A DNA stretch of 64,000 nucleotides from Ilumatobacteraceae bacterium (GTDB lineage: Bacteria > Actinomycetota > Acidimicrobiia > Acidimicrobiales > Ilumatobacteraceae). The stretch is taken from contig CAVOQV010000017.1 of assembly GCA_963698435.1 (NCBI GenBank), forward strand, positions 53,812 through 117,811. Reading direction: 5' to 3'. Each line of letters starts with the position of its first letter. Position 1 is the stretch's first letter. Below the pieces are notes generated by a model. That model saw nothing but the letters and a program-made list of their open reading frames with translations. It made no database searches and had not been told where the DNA came from. Shown here piece by piece: positions 40,355 to 48,299 of the stretch. The translations under genes and the position numbers were made by a program.

Positions 40355-40789
40355 TCAGGCCTCCTCGGGCTCGGTGATGTCGGTGATGTCGGTCGACTCG
40401 ATGCCCTCGGCACCGTCGATCGTCTCGTCCACCGTCGTGTCGTTGACATCGTCGGTCAGGCTGGTGTCGCGATCGCGGCCGCCCTCGCGACCTCCGTCAC
40501 GACCACGACCGCCGGTGCGCGTGGAGGCAACACGCTTCGCGTACGGCAACAGCGCCATCTCGCGGGCGACCTTGACCGCGTTGGCGACCTCGCGCTGCTG
40601 CTGCAGCGTGTTGCCGGCGACCCGACGGTTCTTGATCTTGGCACGATCGCTCATGAAGCGCTGGAGCAGGTCGACGTCTTTGTAGTCGACGTACTCGACC
40701 TTCTCGATCACGAGGACACTGGTCTTCTTCTTGAACTTGCGTGGGTTCAGGTCACGGGCGCTGCGCGCCTTGTTCTTCTTGCTTGCCAT
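40355..40789 (-). CDS. rpsR: 30S ribosomal protein S18 with a ~60-aa C-terminal extension
   Basis: The core is [50 protein letters not shown]. The tail is [18 protein letters not shown] followed by an acidic stretch. SD AAGGAAG precedes the ATG. Confidence 0.9.
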   Translation of the reverse strand: MASKKNKARSARDLNPRKFKKKTSVLVIEKVEYVDYKDVDLLQRFMSDRAKIKNRRVAGNTLQQQREVANAVKVAREMALLPYAKRVASTRTGGRGRDGGREGGRDRDTSLTDDVNDTTVDETIDGAEGIESTDITDITEPEEA

Positions 40790-40840
40790 TGGTGCTTCCT
40801 TACGACTGGAAAATCAGATCTTCGATACTTCGGACGGGTC

Positions 40841-41290
40841 TCAGAACGGCTCTTCGTCGCCGTACACGGGATCGGGGGCGCTGCGTCCGGCGCCGCCGCC
40901 TCCGCCACCTCCACCTCCGCTGGTGGCATCGTCACGGCTGATGCGTTCGACCTGGGCTTGGGCCCAGCGCAGACTCGGGCCGAGCTCGTCGGCGCGGACC
41001 TCGGTGACGCTGCGCTTCTCGCCGTCCTTGGTCTCGTACGAGCGCTGCTCGAGGCGACCGGTGACGATGACGCGCATGCCCTTGCTGAGACTGGCCGCCG
41101 CGTTCTCGCCGAGTTCGGACCACGCCACGATGTTGAAGAAGGAGACCTGCTCCTGCCATTCACCGTTGACCTGGTAGCGGCGGTTGACCGCGAGCCCGAA
41201 GCTTGCGACGCCCGCACCGCTCGGCGTGTACCGCAACTCGGGATCTCGGGTGAGATTGCCGACCAGCGTGACGCTGTTCTCAGATGCCAT
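40841..41290 (-). CDS. ssb: Single-stranded DNA-binding protein
   Basis: OB fold VTLVGNLTRDPELRYTPSG..., a Gly-run linker and the acidic tip DEEPF. Confidence 0.95.
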   Translation of the reverse strand: MASENSVTLVGNLTRDPELRYTPSGAGVASFGLAVNRRYQVNGEWQEQVSFFNIVAWSELGENAAASLSKGMRVIVTGRLEQRSYETKDGEKRSVTEVRADELGPSLRWAQAQVERISRDDATSGGGGGGGGGAGRSAPDPVYGDEEPF

Positions 41291-41319
41291 GTTGTTTCCC
41301 CTTTGCTAGGCCGCTGCGC

Positions 41320-41652
41320 TCAGGCAGCGCTCGCTGCCATACCGCGGCGCTCGGCCTCGGCTTCGGGCAGACGGATGAGCTTGTGACGGACGACGTCGTC
41401 CGCGAGACGGAGCGCACGCTCGAGTTCGTCGAGCGAGCCCGCAGGGGCCACGATCTCGGCGACCATGTAGTAACCCGACGGCTTCTTGTTGATCGGGTAC
41501 GCGAACTGGCGCTTGCCCCACCAATCGATCTTGCCGTGGAGCTCGCCACCGGCGGCGATGACGCCGTCGGTGACCGTCTTCATCCAGGACTGCGCCTTGG
41601 GGTCATCGACGTCGCCGTCGATGATGATCATCATTTCGTATGCACGCATCAT
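41320..41652 (-). CDS. rpsF: 30S ribosomal protein S6
   Basis: RAYEMMIIID...WGKRQFAYPINKKPSGYY. 110 aa. Confidence 0.95.
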   Translation of the reverse strand: MMRAYEMMIIIDGDVDDPKAQSWMKTVTDGVIAAGGELHGKIDWWGKRQFAYPINKKPSGYYMVAEIVAPAGSLDELERALRLADDVVRHKLIRLPEAEAERRGMAASAA

Positions 41653-41856
41653 GCGTGGTTCCTCCCTTCGGATCCCCCACGAGTGCCTGATGACAGCCTC
41701 GGGGCGGGAGCCCCGGTACGGGGCAGGGCCAATATGGACCCACCTACCTTATCGGTGCGCACTGGTGTCGCGTTCGGTGACATGTCGACCACCGTAGAGA
41801 AGGGCTGTCACAGAGTTGTCTGATCCGACGCTCGTCGGCTTCGACGACCTCCAGCG

Positions 41857-42447
41857 CTACGGCGCCGACGGGCAGCCGTCGGCCTCGGAGCCGTCGATCA
41901 ACTCGACGCGGGAACCTGGGACCAGCCCCAGCGAATCCAACCCACCCTCGAACACCTCGATCGCCAGGCCGTACTCGGAGCCCGGCGAGTACGACGGGCA
42001 ATCGCCGGCTGGCCTGTCGAGGCACGGGTCCATGTCCGCCGATCCGATGTAGGAACCGTCCGGGGCGAACCAGGCGATCGAGAGCGCGCTCGGGGTCTGG
42101 AACATGTAGAACGATCCCGAGGTCGGTTCGTCGAAGCTGAACGCCATCCCGACCGGGTCGCCGAGATCGGTCACCCTCATCAAACCTCTCCCGCGTTCGG
42201 CGCTGTCATCGGCGAGCCACAGGCACACCTCACACACCGTTCCATCGGCTTCGGTGATCAGCGCCTGGATCGTCGTGAACCCCTCGGGCTGCCGCCCGCC
42301 AGAGGGTGTCGAGCCGGACCCCGCCGTCGTGGCCGACACCGATGTGTCCGCAAGGGTGGCTCCACCGCCATCGATCCCGGGGTCCGGATCGTCCGCACAC
42401 GCCATCAACGCAACCGCGGCGACGGCAAGGAGGGCAAGCCGACGCAT
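41857..42447 (-). CDS. DUF192 domain lipoprotein
   Basis: MRRLALLAVAAVALMAC lipobox, then RGRGLMRVTDLGDPVGMAFSFDEP...FYMFQTPSALSIAWF. Confidence 0.7.
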   Translation of the reverse strand: MRRLALLAVAAVALMACADDPDPGIDGGGATLADTSVSATTAGSGSTPSGGRQPEGFTTIQALITEADGTVCEVCLWLADDSAERGRGLMRVTDLGDPVGMAFSFDEPTSGSFYMFQTPSALSIAWFAPDGSYIGSADMDPCLDRPAGDCPSYSPGSEYGLAIEVFEGGLDSLGLVPGSRVELIDGSEADGCPSAP

Positions 42448-42461
42448 TGTCGAGAATCCGG

Positions 42462-42878
42462 CTATCGGGATGCGCGTGTGGCCGAACGGCGACCACCGAC
42501 AGGAATGACCCGGAGCAGGTGGTTCCACCGGCACTCCACGCACGCCTCGACCACGTATGCGCTGAGTTCCTCGGCGCGTTCGTTGAGCTGACGCATCTCC
42601 TTCGCCGTCGACACACAACGCCCTTGCGCAGACAGTCGCGGGCCGAACACATAGGTCACCAGCTTGAGGTCGGCCTCCTCGCAGATGGGGCAGGACGTCG
42701 AGGTCTGCGTTCCGACGTTGCGGGCCGCACGAATCAGCTCGGGGTGGGCGTCGCACACCTGGTCGAGGGGAACACGGCCCTTCTTGACCTGGCTGATCAG
42801 CATCCGACGGGCCAGCCGATGGTCGATCAACCCACGCGAACCATCGGACCCGCGGAGTGCGCCGACCGTGAACGCCAT
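42462..42878 (-). CDS. DUF5318 family protein
   Basis: IDHRLARRMLI..., VCDAHPELIRAA, CPICEE, YVVEACVECRWNHL. The start is probably ATG 42878 (the ORF opens at 42956). Confidence 0.65.
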   Translation of the reverse strand: MAFTVGALRGSDGSRGLIDHRLARRMLISQVKKGRVPLDQVCDAHPELIRAARNVGTQTSTSCPICEEADLKLVTYVFGPRLSAQGRCVSTAKEMRQLNERAEELSAYVVEACVECRWNHLLRVIPVGGRRSATRASR

Positions 42879-42965
42879 GGCCGCCGACACTACCGGCTCA
42901 CGACCCCGTGCCGTGATCTGCACTCGATCCCCGATGTCGCCAGGCGGACCGGGCACACTGGCACC

Positions 42966-43536
42966 GTGGTCGCAGACATCAACTACGGACCCGGTACGCC
43001 GGGCGACGACGAACTGAAGCTGTGTGGGGACGTGGGCGACGGCAGGCGCGCCGTCGAGCTCGGTATCTCACCATGGTTCAATTCGATTGCATTCGCACGA
43101 GCCGGTGCGAAGTCGATCGCCGTCGACACCGACACCGAGCGAATCGCCGAGACACGTGCGGCGCGCCACCGCGGCCGAAGTACCGGTGCAGTGCCTGGAG
43201 ACGGACCTCGCCGACCTCGGAGAGGTCGCCTCCGCCTCGTGCGAGGTTGTGCTCGCCGCGCACACCATCGACCGCGTCGACGACCTCGGGCGGCTGCTGC
43301 GCCAGGTGCATCGGATCCTCAAGCCGAGCATGCCGCTCGTGCTGTCGATGCCGCACCCGTACGCCGACATCTCCCCCGAACACCCCTACGGCACCGGCGC
43401 CCGAACGATCGGCGAATGGTTCACGGCGCTGACCCGCTCGAACTTCCGCGTCGACCAGCTCTTCGAGGTCGGCGCAACGGCGCAGAGCCCGGCGCCGGCC
43501 ACCCTGGTCCTGCGCGCCCGCAAGGAAGGCTCCTGA
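42966..43536 (+). pseudogene. Class I SAM-dependent methyltransferase, apparently frameshifted near 43140-43190
   Basis: The N-terminal part (GTG 42966: ...RRAVELGISPWFNSIAFARAGAKSIAVDTDTERIAETRAA) is in one frame. The C-terminal part (AEVPVQCLETDLADLGEV...EVVLAAHTIDRVDDLGRLLRQVHRILKPSMPLVLSMPHP) is in the frame of ORF 43024..43536. Confidence 0.6.
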
Positions 43537-43584
43537 CGAATCGCCGAGCAGGACCACCACGATGTGCCCGACACGTCGTCGACG

Positions 43585-45927
43585 TCAGGCGTCGGCACGT
43601 TCGTTGGCGGTGATTCCGGCAGGGCGGGGGCGACCGAAGAGATAACCCTGGCCCTTGTCGCAGCCCAACTCGCGGAGTCGGTTGAGTTGCAGTGGCGTCT
43701 CGACGCCTTCGGCGACCACCGACAAGCCGAGCGAGTGGCCGAGCCGAACGACCGCTTCGACGATCGAGGTGTCGTCGGCTTCCAGTCCGAGGCCGGTGAC
43801 GAACGACCGGTCGACCTTGATCGCTTCGACCGGGAAGCGCTTGAGATACGTCAGCGACGAGTAGCCCGTGCCGAAGTCGTCGACCGACAGATGCAGACCG
43901 AGGCCGCGAAGATCGCGCAGCGCTCGCCCTGCGGCATTGGTGTCGGCCATCAGGGCGGTCTCGGTGATCTCGAGCCAGAGTGAGTCGGCGTCGATGCCGG
44001 TCTCCCCCAGCGCATCATGGACGACGTCGAGGAAGCGACCGTCGATCAACTGCTGCGTCGCGACGTTGATCGACAACGAGCACGAGGCGAACCGCAGACC
44101 GACGGCCCGCCAGTGCGCGAGTTGCGCGAGCGCATCACGCAGGATGCGAGCACCGAGGTCGACGATCAGGCCCGACTCCTCCGCCATCGACAGGAATTGG
44201 CCGGGCACGAGCAGACCTCGATCGGGGTGCAGCCAACGGGCGAGCACCTCGAAGCCGACGACCTGACCTCCATCGAGGTCGACGATGGGCTGGAAGTAGG
44301 GCACGACCTCACCACGTTCGAGCCCGCGGCGGAGTTCGCTGGAGGTCTGCAGGGCCGCGAGCGAGGCCGCACGCGTCTCCTCGGTGAACGCCTCGACGCG
44401 GTCACGCCCTGCGGCCTTCGCCCGATACATCGCCGCGTCGGCGTCGCGCAGGAGTTCGTCGGCGGTCAGGTCGTCGCTGGAGTTGACGGCGAATCCGATG
44501 CTGGCCGTCACCACCAGTTCGTGGTCGTCGATCAGCACCGGCTTCTGCACGGCTCGACGCAGACGCTCGGCCACGATCGCCGGGTCGACACCGCCGTCGA
44601 CGAACACCACGAATTCGTCGCCACCGAAACGGGCCAACCGGTCGGTGTCGCGCATCACGTGACGCAAACGGCGGGCGACCCGCCGGAGCAGTTCGTCGCC
44701 GATGCCGTGGCCGAGACTGTCGTTCACCACCTTGAAGTTGTCGAGGTCGATGAACAGCACCGACACCTGGCCGACACCAGCGGTGGCGAGCAGTTCGTCG
44801 AGACGGTCCACGAGCGCCGCGCGGTTCGGCAACTCGGTGAGGCCATCGTGCGTCGCAGCATGGGTCAGCTGCTCAGCTGCCATGCGCTGCTCGGTGACGT
44901 CCTCGATGTGGGTGATCGCCAGAGCGACCCCGTCGTCCTCGGTGACCGACACCCGCGTGCGGGCCCATACGAAGTCACCGTCACTGCGCAGGTACCGCTG
45001 CTCCAACAGGTAGGTGTCGGCGATGCCGAGTTCCAGGCGCGCCCGCAACGTCGCCGCCGCACGCAGGTCGTCGGGATGGGTGATCTCGCGAATGCCGGCA
45101 CCGATCAGCGACGACAGCGGCCGCTCGAGCATGTCCGCGAGCGACTGGTTGGCATCGACGATGCGACTGTCGTCGAGACGCACGAGCGCCATCCCCGTCG
45201 GCGCGGAATGGAAGGCCTGCTGGAAACGTCGACGCGCCTGTTCGAGCGCGACGGTCGTACGAGCGCGGTCGGTGACATCGCGGAGCAGCACGACCAGCCC
45301 GTCGCCATGTCCATCGGACACCGAGGGACGGTGCAGTGACGCCTCGACCAGGTGTGGTTCGCCGTCGGCATCGACCAACTCGAACACGACGTGGTTCCCG
45401 ATCGGCCCCGTGATGTCGCTCATGAGGTCGAGCGACCCGGGGTTCGGTTGATCGAAGTGCCAGCGCTCGGTCACCGAGTCCCGGTCGTCGTCGCCGATCA
45501 TCTCGAGAAAGGCGCGGCCGACGAGTTCGTCGATCGTTCGTCCGGTGAGGAGTGCGGCGCGCTGGTTCGCCGACTCGATCACACCTCGGTCGTCGAGTCC
45601 CATCACTGCGTCCGGCAGGTCGTCGAGCAGGCGGCGGATCTCCGCCTGGGTCCGCGAGAGTTCGTCGATCGTTCGCCCGAAGCGCCGCCCGATGCGACGG
45701 GATTCGAGCACCGTGGCGACAACCGCGACCAACGCGAGCACGGCGATGCCGACGACGACGCCGATGGTTCCTGCACCGGGGTCCGAACCCGCTCGCATCC
45801 CGGCGAGAACGACCAGCGCCCCGGACACCGCCACGATCGGCAGGATCAGCCACCAGGCGCGGTACTGGCGCTCGGTCGGCGACAGCAGCGCGGCGAATTC
45901 GGTGTCGTCGACGTTGCCGGAGATCAC
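43585..45927 (-). CDS. Membrane-anchored PAS-PAS-GGDEF-EAL protein (c-di-GMP turnover)
   Basis: Two N-terminal TM helices, two PAS-like segments, RFGGDEFVVF (GGDEF), and EAL motifs GFEVLARW and DDFGTGYSSL. 780 aa. Confidence 0.9.
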   Translation of the reverse strand: MISGNVDDTEFAALLSPTERQYRAWWLILPIVAVSGALVVLAGMRAGSDPGAGTIGVVVGIAVLALVAVVATVLESRRIGRRFGRTIDELSRTQAEIRRLLDDLPDAVMGLDDRGVIESANQRAALLTGRTIDELVGRAFLEMIGDDDRDSVTERWHFDQPNPGSLDLMSDITGPIGNHVVFELVDADGEPHLVEASLHRPSVSDGHGDGLVVLLRDVTDRARTTVALEQARRRFQQAFHSAPTGMALVRLDDSRIVDANQSLADMLERPLSSLIGAGIREITHPDDLRAAATLRARLELGIADTYLLEQRYLRSDGDFVWARTRVSVTEDDGVALAITHIEDVTEQRMAAEQLTHAATHDGLTELPNRAALVDRLDELLATAGVGQVSVLFIDLDNFKVVNDSLGHGIGDELLRRVARRLRHVMRDTDRLARFGGDEFVVFVDGGVDPAIVAERLRRAVQKPVLIDDHELVVTASIGFAVNSSDDLTADELLRDADAAMYRAKAAGRDRVEAFTEETRAASLAALQTSSELRRGLERGEVVPYFQPIVDLDGGQVVGFEVLARWLHPDRGLLVPGQFLSMAEESGLIVDLGARILRDALAQLAHWRAVGLRFASCSLSINVATQQLIDGRFLDVVHDALGETGIDADSLWLEITETALMADTNAAGRALRDLRGLGLHLSVDDFGTGYSSLTYLKRFPVEAIKVDRSFVTGLGLEADDTSIVEAVVRLGHSLGLSVVAEGVETPLQLNRLRELGCDKGQGYLFGRPRPAGITANERADA

Positions 45928-46003
45928 CGCCCAACGTTAGAGCCGTCAGGCCTGACAACCGGGGCATTCCCGACCGACACGGTGCCGCAGCAACGTCGAC
46001 ACC

Positions 46004-46030
46004 GTCACATCAGACCCGGCACGGTGTGAC
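46004..46030 (-). repeat. 27-nt repeated element (copy 2); the minus strand reads GTCACACCGTGCCGGGTCTGATGTGAC
   Basis: 26/27 identical to 6557-6583. It begins 2 nt after the cca stop and ends 76 nt upstream of the GGDEF-EAL start. Confidence 0.7.
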
Positions 46031-46032
46031 GT

Positions 46033-47568
46033 TCAGCGGGTCGACCACCAGCTGTCGAGGCGGCGCCGGATCTCGTCGTCTCCGAGCAGACCTTCGTCGA
46101 GGCGGATGTCCATCAGGAACTTCATCGCGTCACCGACGTCGCGGCCGGGGCCGATGCCCAGGTGTTCCATCACGGCGTTGCCGTCGAGCTCGGGTCGTAG
46201 CGCCGCGAGTTCCTCGGCCGCTTCGAGCTCGTCGATACGGGCCTCCAGCTCGTCCATGCGTCGCGACAGGCGAGCCGCCTTCTTCTCGTTGCGAGTGGTG
46301 CAGTCGCTGCGAGTGAGCACATTGAGTTCGGCCAGGAGGTCGCCGGCATCGCGCACGTAACGCCGTACTGCAGAGTCGGACCACCCCATCGAGTAGGTGT
46401 GGAAGCGCAGGTGCAACGCGACCAGTTCGGTCACCGCAGCCACGTCGTCGTTCGAGTACCGCAGCGCGTTCATGCGCTTGCGGGTCATACGCGCGCCAAC
46501 GGCGTCGTGGTGGTGGAACGTGGTGCCCTTGCCTTCGAGGTAGCCCCGCGTGCGCGGCTTGCCGACGTCGTGGAACAGCGCGGCGAGGCGGGTGAGTCGG
46601 AAGTCGAACGTCGGCCGGTCGCCCGCTGCGATCGCCGGGTACTGGTCGGGTGGCCGGACGTTCTCGACCACGGCGATCGAGTGCGTCAAGACGTCCTTGT
46701 GTCGATGGATCGGATCGTGCTCGAGTCGCATCGCCGGAAGCTCCGGCAAGAACTGGTCGGCCAACCCGGTGTCGACGAGGAACCACAGTCCAGCAGCCGG
46801 ATGATCGGCGACGAGCAGCTTGTCGAGCTCGTCGCGGATCCGCTCAGCCGACACGATCTCGAGCCGCGGCGCCATCTCGCGTACCGCCGCTACCAACTCG
46901 GGTGTCGGCGACAACTGGTACGTGGCGATGAAGCGGGCCGCGCGCAGCATCCGCAGCGGGTCGTCGCTGAAGCTGATCTCCGGTCCGATCGGGGTGCGCA
47001 GGACACGGGTCGCGAGATCGACGGCGCCGTCGAACGGGTCGATCAGCGTGGGGGTGTCGTCACCGCCGGTCAACTCCAGTGCCATGGCGTTCACCGTGAA
47101 ATCGCGGCGCGACAGATCCGCATCGATCTCGTCGGCGAACACGACGTGCGGCTTGCGCGATTCATCGGTGTACGCCTCGGCCCGAAACGTCGTGATCTCA
47201 TAGGTCCGCTCGAACCCGCTCTGGGCATCGCGAACCTGAGCGCCGATCGTGCCGAACTTCTCGCCCTGGGTCCAGATCGCGTCCGCCCATCCGTGCAAGC
47301 AGCGCTTGATCTCCGGCGGGCGAGCGTCGGTCGTCAGGTCGAGATCGAAGTCGCTGCGACCCGACGCGACGAACAGATCGCGCACGGTGCCGCCGACGAG
47401 GTACAACCGGTGTCCGGCCTCACGGAACCGCGTCGCGAGCGGCGCCAACTCGCGCAGGACGGGCGTCAGACGTTCGGGAACCACGACCGCAAGGCTACGA
47501 GGGCCGGGACGTGTCGTCGCGAGCCTGGACGTGACGGTGAGGCCGTACCGATGCCGGAGTACGTTCAT
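46033..47568 (-). CDS. cca: CCA tRNA nucleotidyltransferase
   Basis: LYLVGGTVRD, DLDLTT, RDFTVNA and HD domain FHDVGKP. The start is uncertain (ATG 47568 or GTG 47484). Confidence 0.9.
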   Translation of the reverse strand: MNVLRHRYGLTVTSRLATTRPGPRSLAVVVPERLTPVLRELAPLATRFREAGHRLYLVGGTVRDLFVASGRSDFDLDLTTDARPPEIKRCLHGWADAIWTQGEKFGTIGAQVRDAQSGFERTYEITTFRAEAYTDESRKPHVVFADEIDADLSRRDFTVNAMALELTGGDDTPTLIDPFDGAVDLATRVLRTPIGPEISFSDDPLRMLRAARFIATYQLSPTPELVAAVREMAPRLEIVSAERIRDELDKLLVADHPAAGLWFLVDTGLADQFLPELPAMRLEHDPIHRHKDVLTHSIAVVENVRPPDQYPAIAAGDRPTFDFRLTRLAALFHDVGKPRTRGYLEGKGTTFHHHDAVGARMTRKRMNALRYSNDDVAAVTELVALHLRFHTYSMGWSDSAVRRYVRDAGDLLAELNVLTRSDCTTRNEKKAARLSRRMDELEARIDELEAAEELAALRPELDGNAVMEHLGIGPGRDVGDAMKFLMDIRLDEGLLGDDEIRRRLDSWWSTR

Positions 47569-47573
47569 GGACT

Positions 47574-48299
47574 GTGAGCAGTCTGGCGGCCGCAGGCCCC
47601 GCACGGGCCCGCCTGGGTCGGTGGCCGTACGAGGAGCACGTCGCGCACCTGGTCCTGCTCGACCACCAGATGGTGCCCACCGGCACCGACATCGCAGGTT
47701 GGGTCGACGACGCAGCCGGGCAGGGCGCTCGAGTGGTCCGCACGGGCGCATTGTTTCCGAACGCCACGGCGCCGTTCCTGGACGCCGGGTTCCGGGTCGC
47801 CGACGCGCTGACCCTGCTCGTGCGACAGGCCGATCGCTCGGCCACCGCCGAAGGTGTCCCGCCTGCTCGCACGAGAGGTGCGGTTCGTCTTCGGCGACTC
47901 CGTCCGTCGATGCTCGACGAAGCTGCCAACATCGACCGACGCTCGTTCTCCTCACCGTGGGCCAACGACACGTCCGCACTCGCCGACATCATGACGGCGA
48001 CGCCGTATCACCGTTCACGAAGCGTGCACCTCGACGGTCGGATGGTCGCGTTCTCGATCAGTGGGCGCGCCGATCGATCCGGCTACGTGCAGCGCCTCGC
48101 GGTCGATCCCAGTGCACGGCGCCACGGATTCGCCCGGCTGTTGCTCGGCGATGCGGTGCGCTGGATGTCGCGTCGCGACGTGTCGCAGGTGATGGTGAAC
48201 ACCGCGACCGACAACCACGCCGCCCTGGCGCTCTACGAATCCGTCGGGTTCGAACCGCACCCCGGCGAGCTGCTGATCCTCGAGCGGGCGTTGCGGTGA
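47574..48299 (+). CDS. GNAT family N-acetyltransferase
   Basis: Acetyl-CoA motif QRLAVDPSARRHGFARLLL...ALALYESVGF. Confidence 0.75.
   Translation: MSSLAAAGPARARLGRWPYEEHVAHLVLLDHQMVPTGTDIAGWVDDAAGQGARVVRTGALFPNATAPFLDAGFRVADALTLLVRQADRSATAEGVPPARTRGAVRLRRLRPSMLDEAANIDRRSFSSPWANDTSALADIMTATPYHRSRSVHLDGRMVAFSISGRADRSGYVQRLAVDPSARRHGFARLLLGDAVRWMSRRDVSQVMVNTATDNHAALALYESVGFEPHPGELLILERALR

Noticed and set aside
42306-43613. The 435-aa ORF spanning the DUF5318 antisense region and the methyltransferase as one protein.
   Set aside because: Only the segment from GTG 42966 resembles a methyltransferase. Upstream it is antisense to DUF192/DUF5318, and downstream of about 43170 it is an R/P-rich out-of-frame read.
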